A stretch of DNA of 35,449 nt from Vicugna vicugna (GCA_013265495.1 MU058337.1:3678176-3713624); one strand, 5' to 3'; shown: positions 1-12,165, counted from the stretch's first letter. Notes: generated from the letters alone by a model not told the origin. Translations and numbers: made by a program.

Positions 1-59
1 TAATTAATGATTAAATAACAAACGTTTAACACTAAATTCACCAAGAAGACGAAGTTTCA

Positions 60-1975
60 CACTCACACTAAATCTATTCAACATTGGAATAAAGATTCTA
101 CTATCACAAGCTGAGGGGGAATAAAAGCATTCAGATTGGAAAGAAGTAAAACCATCTCTATTTGCAGATGACATGATTATTTATATAAGAAAATGTAAGA
201 GATTTACAAAGCTATTTGAATTAATAAGTGGATGTGAACTTATTAAAGAATTCAGGTTAATAAATTAAAAGGAATTACATTTTTACGTAACAGCAGCAAA
301 CAATATGGAAATGAAAAAATTCAATTACAATAGTGTAATAAATCAAATAGGAATAAATTTAATAAAAGATATGACAGATCTCTTCACTGAAAATTAAACA
401 AAATCACTGAGATTTTTAAAAAAGAAGAAAAAGAAGAAGAGCTAAAAAATGTAGATACACTTTGTCCTTAAACTGAAAGTTTTAATACTGTTACCAGGTC
501 AGTTCTCTCTTGACCTGATCAAACTGATATGTAGATTTGCTTCAGTCTCAATCAAAATCTCTGCAGGATGTTTTGTAGATGTTGCAAGTTGATTCTAAAA
601 TGTGTATGGAAATTAGAACGGTACAGAATAACCACAGCAAAGTTTTTAAAAGAACACTAAAGTTGGAGGGTTTATACTACCTGATTTCAAAATGACTAGA
701 CTACAGTAATTAACACAGTGTAGTACTGGAATTAAGGAAGACAAGGATATGAAAGGAACAGATAACAGGACACAGAAATAGCTCCTTACATGCACAGTCA
801 GCGCTCTGATGGGAAAAGAAAGGCTATTTTAACAAGTGGTGCTGGAAGATCTGGATATCTGTATGGGGGAAAAATAATGATTGACTTTATTAACACCCTA
901 CAGAAAAATAAATTCAAAATAGATTCAGACCTCAAGACAAAAAACTAAAACTAGCAAGTTTCTAGAAGAAAACAGGGAATAATATATTTGCAAACTTGGA
1001 GGAAGTAATTATTTCTTAACTAGAACACAAAAGTCATAAATTCTAGAAGAAAATGTCAATAAGCTGAACTTCATTAAAATGTTCTTCAAAGGCAATATAG
1101 AAATTAAATACGCAAAATACACATTAATATGAAACAAATCATATCCAGAATACATAAAAAAGTCTTACAACTTAAGAAGAAGAAGATATACAACCCATTA
1201 AAAATAAGAAAATATTTCAGTGGACATTTAACAAAAGAAGACATGAATAAATACATTTAAAAGGCTAAAAGTATTATTAATTATTAGAAAAATGCTAATT
1301 AAACCTTTTCAAGGTCATTAAAATGTCCAAAATTAAAAGTATTTTAATGCAAGGCACTGGTCAGCATCTGGAGCAACTGGAACTTTCATACGTTGCTGGT
1401 AAAGTATAAAATGGTACTACTATTTTAGAAATGATTTTGGAAGTACCTTATACAACTAAACATGCATTAACCCTATTATCCAACAATTTAACTCCAGGTA
1501 CTTATCCAAGAGGCAGGAAAACGCATATCCTCAAAAAGACCTGCTCAAAACTGTTTACAACAGCTTTATAGCAATGGTCAACAACTGGAATTAATACAAG
1601 TGCTGATCAACAAAGAATGGACAGGTAAGTGTTGGTATATTCTTTCAAAGTATCTAATTTGGTAATGAAAAAAAGAATAAATGTTAGGGATAAATCTCAA
1701 AAAACATAATGCTGAACAAAAGTATACATACTTTACAATTCCACTTATGTAAAGTACATATTTTATGATTTACATGAACAGGCAAGATCAGAAGTCAGAT
1801 CAGTAGTTACTAATGAGTTATGAAGACTGAATGAACAAGGTACAGAGGAAGACTGAATGAAGCAGGTACAAAGGAACTTTGGAAAGGTAATATATCTTTG
1901 TCAAGATAATTCTTAAACAATTTTATATATTTTTCAAAATTATTAGGGCTTAAATTGCATCTTTGTTCAATAAAA
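60..1975 (+). mobile_element. Old L1M LINE-1 fragment (3' half of ORF2 plus 3' UTR), heavily degenerate
   Basis: 146-193 translates VKPSLFADDMIIYIRK, the L1 RT FADD motif (161-172). 659-730 matches the degenerate KVGGL.LPDFK..Y.ATVIKTVWYW block. ORF2 C-terminal and L1M 3' UTR-like sequence follows and ends in caataaaa at about 1968-1975. Many stops and frameshifts. Confidence 0.93.
1822..1873 (+). repeat. 26-bp tandem duplication inside the L1 3' UTR
   Basis: gaagactgaatgaacaaggtacagag followed by gaagactgaatgaagcaggtacaaag. Confidence 0.85.
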
Positions 1976-2249
1976 TACCAGCATGTGGTTTACAAATGCA
2001 CAGCTGAAAAGGAGTGGAGGTAGATGTCTCTGCATTTGAAAGGGGCAAGTAGCTGTAAAGGTAGAGTGTTAGATTGTTACCTAGACGACCACTGCAATAA
2101 CCCAAGGAGGAGAGAGAATTTGGGGTGCAGAGGAAAAATAAACTAGTTCTGTGGGAGAATTAACTCCACTCTTGTTGAGACTGCGAGCGCGGCGATGTCT
2201 GGGAAATCCACCTACCTCAGTATCTGATGTAAATGGTAATAACAGCCAA

Positions 2250-2340
2250 AATAATAACAGGTAACACTTACAAGCCCTACTCTGAGCCAGATGTGCTTCT
2301 AAGAACCTTAAATATATTAAGTCATTTATAGGAAGTACTT
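2250..2340 (-). mobile_element. MIR SINE 3' fragment
   Basis: aataataacaggtaacacttacaagccctactctgagccagatgtgcttctaagaaccttaaatatattaagtcattt matches the antisense MIR tail. Confidence 0.75.
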
Positions 2341-5300
2341 GGTTATGTCTGGTAAAATAAAAATCCACCCAATTTAATAGTATCCAAATACACTATAGAA
2401 GCTAGTTACGCAATTTACATTAATCTTACCATGGGCTGTGCATGTCTAATGTATTGCAATATTAATATATAATAATGGGTGAGGCAGTATATTGTTGCTC
2501 TTTTATATATTCAAAATGGAGACTGCAACTGTGTTTATAAGAATGACTGAAAACAGCAAGAGGCAGCTGACTGCCATTTATTTAGTCATTACTGCTATTT
2601 GTTCATCACTGATGCTCTTACAATGCCTGTCACCCTATGGAAGCCCATCCCTAGATGCCATTAGGATTTAGACTTCTCTATCCAGGGTTCTCAGCTATGT
2701 CACGGACTCCTGGAAACGTATTTGTACATGTTCTCCTGTTGATGTGACTTCAGTAGAGTCTGGCACAAATGCTGCTATGGTAAATTTAAAGAGTTAGTCT
2801 TGCCAGTAAAGCCTTCTTCTTCTAAGGCTCTCAGCCAGGAAATGAACTGGACACGCACAGGATCTGGTCTGCTGGGGATTGGGTCCCTGAGTATGGTGTA
2901 GAGGAACAGCTACACATAACTGCCTCATTCAACTTTACCTCTAAATTTTTAGAATGTCGTAAGTAAATTAAATGTCAAAGGCGGCATTTTCCTGTGTTTA
3001 TAATACCTATCCCCCACTAATTCTGGCAAATCTGACCAACAAAGAGAAACACATACGCAACTGAGCGAGTCTGGAATTCTGTACACCTTTCAAAGGAATA
3101 ATGAAAAGTAATCAACAGATTGCTCCAGCATATCCTAAAGAAAGACCGCTTCTATTTGGCTATTTCTTTCACTTTTACATGGACATTCTTAGTGTGTTCA
3201 GTATGTAAAAGATCATAACTCTATGTGCCTATGTATCTTTATTATTCTCATATTCTACATGTTCCCATGAGCATGTGCTAGAAATCTTGCATAAAGGTTA
3301 AGTGTAAATTGTAATAGCCAACTTCATGCTTATTGTCAATGTCTGGGTAAAATCAAGATGACTGTCATGAATTGTAGAAATTTTAAACAATATGAACTGT
3401 GGTAGTTTTGAAAAAATGTAAGCCACCTTTGTGTTTCTGTCTAATAGAAAAAAAAAATTAAAACACCAAACCCATGTTTCTTAAAGCAGGAAAACCAAAT
3501 GGCCACAGCCTGAAGAGATGATAATGTGGAACTGAGAGAGAGAGGGATGACTTTGGGAAGTTTTACAGCCCTAGTCTGCAGAACCGTTAGCAAACAGAGT
3601 CAAAAAGTCAAGCACTTGAGTGAACAGTTCAACACGAAATGGCTTCCTGAATGCCATCAGAGGCTGTGGTCAAATACCTCTGCCACAGAGCCAGCTGGGG
3701 GATGGAAGGACTTAGCACTGCATACAAATCGATGCCTTCTGCGTGTGGGTGCCCAGTGAGCAGCTGGCAGCAGGAGCAGAATGCCAATCACCCAGTGCCA
3801 CTCACTTCTTCATTTACAGCACACTGGGATTCAGAGTGCTGTAAATAAATTCGGCTCAGAACCCGAAAAGTGAATTTATGGCTGCAAGAAAATCAATATT
3901 TTACAATAACTCTAGGCAGTGATTTAAAAGGCCATTCTGTGCACACCATTTACTTCTTCACACGCATGTATATTGCTATTCATTGCCACGGATACCCTAG
4001 GACCAGAGAGATTCCATGAAGCGACTTCATTGGAAACACTGGTTCTTTACAAAGCTAACAAATGGCCTATGTCTCATTAGGAAAACTGAGTTATTAGTAG
4101 AAAGTTCTCTGAATTTCATGAGAGGCTATTTACTTCACTTGTTTCATTCCCTGCCCCCAATTTTGCTCTTTTTCTGAAAGGATTTTTTTTTTTCATTCTT
4201 AATGAAATCTGTCACCAAGTCAAAACCATCAAGTTTATCCTTTCCACAGATGACTTGCCAACACGATGCTGTGAAAACAGACACAGATAACAGAATGTAA
4301 ACCTGACTTTAAAAAGTGATATATTTTGACTGAAGAAAGAGTATATTTATAACTCTCAAATAAAGCTAGTGTTCTTTTCTGAACTAATGTCTTCTTGCTC
4401 ATTTATAAATAGAAGCATAACTTATATTTACTTCAAGAATGAAGTGTGTATTGGGTGGTGTGCTTTAGAAGGCTTAAGGGCTGTATGGCCAGCCCTCAGA
4501 ATTTAGGAACTGACCCCTGACCTGCTGACAACTCAGAACCTCCTTGCTTCCTCTCACCCTCTCTGGCATTGTTTCTCTGAGCTTCCACGACTCCAATTCC
4601 TCCAGTTTGGTATCCCCAGTGACTCGCCCTCCCTAGATTTCTCACCCCCTCCATCTTCTCAAGCTTGCAACTGGACTCCTCTTTCTCATCTTGGCACCTG
4701 TTTTCAAACAGTCCTTCTGGTAATGAACTCGTACCATGTGGCTTTGAGACACACTTCTGGAAACCCTCCAATTTGGCAAATTTGTTCTGAAGGACGGAGC
4801 GTCCTTTGGTCCAACTCTTCCTCTGTTCTGATCTAGGACACTTGAAATGAATAATCTTGCCAATTCTGCTTAACAAGAGAAATACTTTCCTTCATGCAAT
4901 TATCTTTCTTGTCACTTGTGAAATCTTTACATTTGCTATTCAAAAAATTAGCCCAGAGAGTATTTTGTGTTTGTGCAATCAACTCTGAAGAGGAAAAAGG
5001 ACAATTAGATGAGCAATTTCTTCAAACTTGACTTGGAGAAAATCTACATTGTTCCCAAATCTCTTATCTCTAAGAATTATTTTAATTTCAAGAAAGAGCT
5101 TTTATTGGTATTACAAAGCAAAAGATCAATTCCTACAACTGTATTTAACTATTTGAAATAATGCAGCTTATATTTAAATAATATACTTATTTGCATCATT
5201 ACAGTTGCTACTTATGACATGGTGATCTATTTACAAATCAGATTTGTTTGAATTGATTAAACATGAGAACTTTCTTTTTTAAGGTAAAAGAGGAAGTATT

Positions 5301-6069
5301 TATAAAATTTGATACCTTGTCATCATCAAATAATTTTTTAACATTTAAAAGCTCTACCCCTAGTGTCTGCTCCATTGGTATCTGACTGCAATCAAGTATA
5401 TCACAAATGAGGCCAGCGTTGGGTTCAGCATTTTGATGAATACCAGTTCAGGCTGAAGTCGCTTTGGCGCAACTGGCAGAAGTTGCACGGAAATTTAATT
5501 TTAAGGATCACCTTAAATTTTGTTGCTAAAACTATGTGGGCTTCTTTAGGATAAAATCGCCAGAGCTTTGGGATCTATGAGTGTCAGTAACGATATCTGT
5601 TAAGCAAAATGAAGAACAGCAGGAGCCTTAGAAACAGAGGAAGTGGAAGGGAAAATGCTCTGAGAGCAAATCGCACCAGGAGCTTCTAAGACAATCACAG
5701 GATATAAAGTCCTAGGACAGATTAGATAAATCCAAACACATTTTCACCCATCATCCCTTTGAGAAATGGTGCGCACGTAAACAAGAGGAAAAACTGGTGG
5801 TCACAGAAGCAGAGTTTCCAACTTCTCTGCTGGGCTCATCTCAAACACTGTTGTGTGCCTCTCAATCAGCCTGTTGCTCATATCAAAAATGCTAAATGGC
5901 AAACATCTATGAGGCCAGTAGTAGAAGGATTAAATGAATCCTTTTGAAAAAACTAAAGGGGAGGATTCTCATTTACAAGCTACCATTTTTCCAGTAGAAT
6001 GAAAATGAGAAAATATAAATTTCTCCAAGACAGGACTGTTGATACATGTCCCATCAAGGATGAGACCCA

Positions 6070-6305
6070 AAGACACTAGACTGAGTGAAAGGAAATGAAA
6101 AAGTACACACCGTATGGCTTTACTACATGATCATATGAAGTTCCAGAAATATGCTAAAATAATTAACAGTGAGAGAAATCAAATCAATATTTGTGCTCTT
6201 CTATAACTTGTTAGAGTGGTGGGTTACATGGAATTGTCAAAACACCTTAGAATATATAATTAGACCTGTGTATTTCACTCTCTATAAAGTATAACTTCAG
6301 TAAGA
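6070..6305 (+). mobile_element. L1M (L1ME/MC-like) 3' UTR fragment
   Basis: ctgagtgaaagg...atatgaagttccagaa...gtcaaaac...tgtgtatttcact...tataacttcagtaa is a typical old L1 3' end. Confidence 0.75.
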
Positions 6306-6392
6306 TATGCATGGGAAAAACTTACAACATAGTCGGAAAAAATTAAGCCTTAGGGAAAAAAGCATTTTGACAAAATATAAAAAATAACAGCA

Positions 6393-7215
6393 TACTCAAC
6401 AAATATTTACTGGATGCCTTTTAAGTGGCAGAAATTACTTGGGGCACTTAGGATACAGCAGTGAACCAATTAGAAAATAATCAGCGCCCACATTTCAGCA
6501 ATCGAGAGAAAAATAGCAAAAGAGAGAGAAAAAATAAAAGAAATAATAACTAACTGAATAGCATAGTACCAGAAAGTGATAAATGCTTCGGAAAAGTGAA
6601 AAGGTACAGCAAGGTGGAGTGAATCACGGATGCTGGTCAGGGAAGCAGGGGGCTGGGTTGGAATTTTAAATTGGAGGAGCCAGGACAGGTCGCATCGAGA
6701 AGCTGAACTTGTGAACTAAGACATGCAGTAGGTGAGGTTGCTTCCCACGTGGTTATCTGGGTAAAGGGCACTGCAGGGGGAAAGGACTGCCAGGGCAAAG
6801 GCATGAGGCGAGTGTGCGTGGAATGTACGTGGAACAGCAGGAAGATCAGTGTGAGTGGTGTGGACTGACTCGACTGGAGACAACTAGGAGGAGAAATTAG
6901 AGGGACCACTGGGATCCAGATGAGCAGGTGCCCTGGAGATCATCGTAAAGAACTTTGATTTTGGTTGGCAGGAGACAGGGAACTATTGAAGTTTAAAGAA
7001 AGATACTGTGCTGGCAATTTGGTGGTGAATCTGGGTTGATGGGACATGGAAGAAACAGAAACCTGCTGTTACAGGAGGTGGTGAAAATGGTCACGTTCTG
7101 GATATATTTCGAAGGTAAAACTTGCAGGATCTGCTGAGCGATTAGATATGCAGCATGAGAGAGAGAAAGAGGTCAGGATGATTTCAAGTTTTCTGGTTTA
7201 TTGAAGGGTGTTGCT
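6393..7215 (-). mobile_element. L2 LINE 3' portion
   Basis: Starts with the antisense L2 tail (actcaacaaatatttactggatgcc...ggatacagcagtgaac). Continues with purine-rich antisense L2 body (ggaaaggactgccagggcaaaggcatgagg; ttctggatatatttcgaaggtaaaac; gaggtcaggatgatttcaagttttctgg). Confidence 0.88.
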
Positions 7216-7809
7216 GGAGCATATATAAAATACACAGACAGATAACTCTAGATTCACATAGAGCAAGCTGAGGTGAAGACCGCTCAAATGTGAGTTACTC
7301 TTATCCCACCAATTTCGGGCATAATGGAAAAAACAAGTAATCTGTAAAGAGTAAAGGATTTAAAGTAAGAAAATACTGAAGTGACATCAGTTCACTCGAC
7401 CTCTACCTGCTCCTCAGTGAAAGGGGGGCACCTGTCCGACTGTCTCCCGTGATTATCGTGCATGTGAACAACAATAACAAAGAATAAACAGAAAGAGAAA
7501 GGCAAGCAAAGGTGGATCAGAAGTAATCAGAACTGAAGTTATCTTGAAAGTCAACTCTGGCATTTTCCACCCGTTAAAAAAAAAAAGCAAAGACCTCATG
7601 TGAAGTATCCAAAACTGTTGGTCCACTGAGAAATAGGAAGCTCCTCCCTCAGGAATCCCATTCCATCCCACATCTGCCGGAATTGTAATGAAGTTCTCAG
7701 ATGGATCAATAAAATTCTGTCTTCATATACTTTTTTATTTCTGCATTTAGTTTCGTTTTAATGTCTGCCCTGAGTAAGCATAATCTCCTTTTCCTGATGT
7801 GTTTTAGAA

Positions 7810-8110
7810 CAATCAGCACATCGACCTGATCTTCAGGTGGTTTCCACGCCCTGCTCTCCTCAGCAGTCCGTCATTTACTCTTGGCTTCTACATCCACTGT
7901 CATCACAGTTTGCCCAGTCTCTTGAGGATGGCCACCTGGGCTCTTTCCAGCTTGGGGCTAGTGTGCATGAAGCTGTGGATGTTCACGTGCAAGCCTTTCG
8001 ACATCGTAATGCCGTTTCCTTTCACAAGGTACTGCCAGAACTTTCCCCAAAGTCGTTGTACTATTTCACATGTTCACCGGCAATGTATGAAACTTCCAGT
8101 TTTGGGTGCA
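7810..8110 (-). mobile_element. L1M fragment (ORF2 end / early 3' UTR), inverted
   Basis: gatggccacctgggctctttccagcttggggc...gaagctgtggatgttcacgtgcaagcc...tgccagaactttccccaaagtcgttgtactatttcacatg...caatgtatgaaacttccagt is the reverse complement of the L1 ORF2 C-terminus/3' UTR. Confidence 0.82.
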
Positions 8111-8112
8111 GC

Positions 8113-8560
8113 CAAGGTGAGGACTGACTGAGCACAATCTTGAGCAACTTTCTGCGGTGCTGGAAATGTTCTGTCTTCGTACAGATTTTAGTTGCACACA
8201 TGTATGTACTGGTCAAAACTTAGTAAATGTGTGCATTTTGTGTACTTTTGTGTCCATTTCATTGAATGTAAAATTTACACCACACACACACACACAAACT
8301 GTAAACAAATACTAAACACCAGCTAATGACATGCTTACTAAAATATTTAGGGTGAATTGTACAATTTACTTTGTAATGTGTTTTAAAAAAGCTAAACTGA
8401 TGAGCTGACAGAGGCATGGGTGCACTGATAGATATCTGATAAAGCAAGCACATCAAGTGTTAATGGTGAAACTTTATGGACGATATTCAGGTGGCCACTC
8501 CAAAAGTCACTTCACTTCACTATGTGTTTAAAATATTTCAAGACAAACCTTTAAAAAAAA
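8113..8560 (+). mobile_element. L1MC/L1MD-like 3' end with A-tail
   Basis: aactttctgcggtgctggaaatgttctg...aaactgtaaacaaatact...gataaagcaagc...tatgtgtttaaaatatttcaagacaaa, then A8 (8553-8560). Internal (CA)8 at 8281-8296. Confidence 0.8.
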
Positions 8561-8574
8561 GGGGGGGGGTAGTG

Positions 8575-9076
8575 AAACATACTCTGACCATAGGAACCAG
8601 CTATTCTACTCATGAAATGAAGGCATGTGTCCATACAGAGACTTGTGCATGAATGTTCAAAGCAACTTTATTTGTAGTGACAAAAGGCTAGCAGCAACTC
8701 AGGTGTCCACCAGGAGGTAAGGGGATGAAACAAAGGGAGGCAGAGCCTGGTGGACAGACTACTGCTCAGCACCGAGAAGCGGAGAAGGAATGAACTATCA
8801 GCAGCATGACACGGATGAATCTCTAAATAGCTGTGCTGTGTGAAAGAAGCCAGACCAAATATATATATACTTATACATATAAAATAGGGAGAGAGAGATG
8901 CTGTATGATTCCGTTTATGTAAAATTCTAGAAAGTGTAAACTAATCTAGAGCGACAGAAAGCAGAACAGTAGTTGCCTGGGGATGATGTGTGGGGTGGAG
9001 TGTGGGCGGAGGGAGGGAAGGATGACAAATGGGAATGAGGAAGCATTTGGGCCTGATAGTGGTGATGGTTTCACAG

Positions 9077-9110
<34 letters not shown>

Positions 9111-9197
9111 TACATCAAAGTCTATCAAACTTTATACTTTAAATAGGTGCAGTTTCATGTATATCAACTGTACCTCAATAAAGCTATTTTTTTAAAT
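8575..9197 (+). mobile_element. L1M (L1MB-MD-like) 3' end
   Basis: gaaatgaaggcatgtgtccatacagagacttgtgcatgaatgttcaaagcaactttatttgtag...tgtgaaagaagccagacc...ctgtatgattccgtttatgtaaaattctagaaa...tgtacctcaataaagct. Confidence 0.9.
9080..9107. repeat. (AC)14 microsatellite
   Basis: Perfect dinucleotide run within the L1 3' UTR. Confidence 0.97.
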
Positions 9198-12069
9198 CCT
9201 TAAAGAAAATCATCAATCATTCTTGAATTCATTGTCTGCTCACAGGGTTTTCTTTTAAGTGGTCTCAGCAGTGGAGACCATTTCCTCTTTGATCCATGTC
9301 CTTTACTCTTATGTCCTTTAATATGGATTAAACCATTGTTATTATTTTGGCAGCATTGTAACTAGAGTAAAAAAAATCTCTTGAATCCTTTAATTTTTTA
9401 ATTTAAAATATGTACTGCTATTAAACCAGGTCTTCTGGGATCATACTGTATTGAGCGTTGTAGTTGACTTCTTACTTCAAATGCACAATTCTACATTTCA
9501 CATTACTCAGTTTTAATATTTTGGCTCATTATTATAGCCCATTTTAACATTTGTGTGCCTTTATGCTGTAATCAAAGTGTTAGGGATCACTTCCTTTTGT
9601 GAGGCCACTGCCTTGAGATGACATGTGAAAAAACTAGCTGGTCAGAAGAATATAGAACTTATAACTTAGGAAAAAGAAATAAGAATAAAATTAAATCAAC
9701 TTATCCAATATGAGCATGATCTTTTACTATGAAGTTCATGATATATCAATATACTGCATGTTGTTCTCAACCGACACTTCATATTTTTATTAACTTACTA
9801 GTTTACTAACAGATGTAATTACTGAATAGGCAGGTAATAATTACATAATAGATAACATTAATTTAATAAATATTATTCCTTAAGTAAAAAAGTGATACAT
9901 ACTATGAATTTTTGTTACGTTACCCTGGTTAAAACTGACTTTTTTTTGTTCTTAAGTTGTGATACCCACCATTCATTTCATTTTTTAGTTATTGCTACTT
10001 ACTGATGTCCCTATTCTGTCCTATCAACACTCATTACACTTTTGTGTCTTTATTTGCTCCTTGAGGCAATGTAGAGAAAATTCTGTGGCTTTATTTATTA
10101 AATAACAAGAAATATGGCTAAATAAAAGTCTAGTTAGTAAATGATTTTTTTTAACAACATTAAGACAAAAGAAATAACGGCTTGGAAAAGTTGAAATTGC
10201 TCCATTAAGTGAGGACAAAAACTATACAAAGGAAAACAGCATACTTCTTGCTTTCGCAGATTAAAATGAACTAAAACTATAATATATATATATAAACCAT
10301 CCCTAGCAGGAAAACAAACTTATTTAGTGCTTCTTAGCACAGACAGCAGTATTGCTCATGACAAAATACTGTACCTCTGCTATTAAACTCTCAGGAAGGC
10401 ATTAAAATCACAGGGTGCTATTAAAATCCATCATATTTTAGAAGTAAAATATAAATGCAAACTAAAGTATGAATAAGTTCAACTGAACAAAAGTGATCAT
10501 CTATGAGATATAAAGAAATGCAATGAAAGGGTTCATCCACAATCCCAGCCTGATAAAAGAAAATGAAAATTTATTTTCAGTGATAATGCTCAAGTTAAAT
10601 TGCCTTTTATTCCTCTGTTGGTTGTATAAAATGTTACTGTGCAGATAAAGTTTTAACTTGTCAAGCACTTATTTCCTAGTGCAGCTGATGGTCTACTAAG
10701 AGGTTCAAAGAGGTTCACTTACCCTGTGACTAATGATATTTATGCGGGCAAATATCTTTTACTCCTTTGCCTTCACCGTTAAATTTCCATTAGGTCAATA
10801 TGAATAATGATGTAAACATGCTACGTTCTTTTCTGACAGTTAACTGGAGCACTTTTTAACAACTTTCCATAACTAAAAGACCCAATATTTCTGGAATATC
10901 CATTCTTGACTAGAAAATTTGTTCTTTGTGAAAGCATTTTTGGATGAAAATGTGTTTGTTGTCACCAGATAGAGCCAACAGTGTATAGAAAGTGTATATA
11001 GTCAACTGAAATATCTGTAATTATAATTATATTTCTTTTAGCCAAAAAAGAAATCTTGTAGCCCAAAACCTCAAAATTGTAAGATACCATGAATTGCATT
11101 AAAGAGATAATCTTATCTGTCAGAAGACAGCTCTGGAGTAATCACTGCTGAAACCAATCTTTTATCCTTTCTGCAACAGAATACACCAACCAGTTCTCAT
11201 GACCTGTCTACTTTATTGCTTGGAAGTCCTCACAAGTCACCTCTACCCAAAATTCTCCATTGTTGTTCTCAGAAAATTACAGGCAGGCAGAGCAGAGCAC
11301 ATGAGGCTTTACGGGATAGTCTAAGCAGACTGAGTTCCCTTCTCCATCATCAAGTGAAGAAAAGAATGAAGTGAGCTTCACCAAAAGCTGTGCGACATTA
11401 ACCACTCACATGCATTGGGCAAAAGGTCCTTTGCTTCGGGTCAGGAAATCAGCAAGCACATGCCTTGTATTGGCATACAAGGGGGTTCAAGACATTGGCA
11501 TAAATGTTTGCTGTCTTAAATTAGAACTTAGTGTCTTGAAGATTCCCAAACTAGGAACCCTAGGAACCCTTTGCTTCAGGGACACCTTTGTCCATGGAAG
11601 CCATGGGACATATCTGACTGTGGGTCTGTGAATGAGAGATGAAATATGACACCCTAACCATGAATGGGAACGGTCTCCCTGAGCCTGGGGAGAAAGCGGG
11701 TGCTTTTTCTGTCTGGATTCTAAGTGTTATCTTCTAATAAGGACATTGTTTGGTAGGGGGGTAGTTTTAGGAAAATAAAATGTGACTCATTAACTATATT
11801 TCTCAAATAGGAAACCCATTAGATGGTCTGTGATATGTCATGCAGTAAATTACAGCACGTAGTGGAAACACAGCCCGTCTGGTTTTATTACCCATCTTGT
11901 CACAAGGCATGATTAAATCAGTGAACCACGTTTAGAATCAAAGGGTAGGAAGGGACCCTGAGCAACTGTCAAATAAAATGGAGAGGAGTCAGCTTGGTGG
12001 CTGCTGTTCTTTGTGTGAATTAGAGGCAGGCATTGATGTGGGGGAGGATGCAGCCCTGCCAGCATACAT

Positions 12070-12165
12070 GACTTGCAGATCCCAGACAGTCTCATTCAGT
12101 AGATGTTAGGTAGTACACAGAATCTGAAATTGTAGTTAAGCGCACAGGTTATTCTGAGAAATAAA
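12070..12165. mobile_element. MER5A-like hAT-Charlie DNA transposon fragment
   Basis: cccagacagtctcattcagtagatgttaggtagtacacagaatctgaaattg...aagcgcacaggttattctgag resembles one MER5A arm. Confidence 0.6.

Noticed and set aside
2081..2368. 95-aa minus-strand ORF as a single-exon gene
   Set aside because: Non-ATG start, runs through a MIR fragment and a pyrimidine tract, no recognisable protein
5469..5486. Short inverted repeat GCAACT-n6-AGTTGC
   Set aside because: A 6-bp stem is expected by chance in 35 kb
6637..9195. ORFs at 6637, 7837, 7910, 8259 and 8983
   Set aside because: They lie within L2/L1M fossils or a CA microsatellite
10716..10880. Strong minus-strand donor CAGG|gtaagt with upstream acceptor
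   Set aside because: All three frames contain stops, so it is not a coding exon (a non-coding exon is not excluded)
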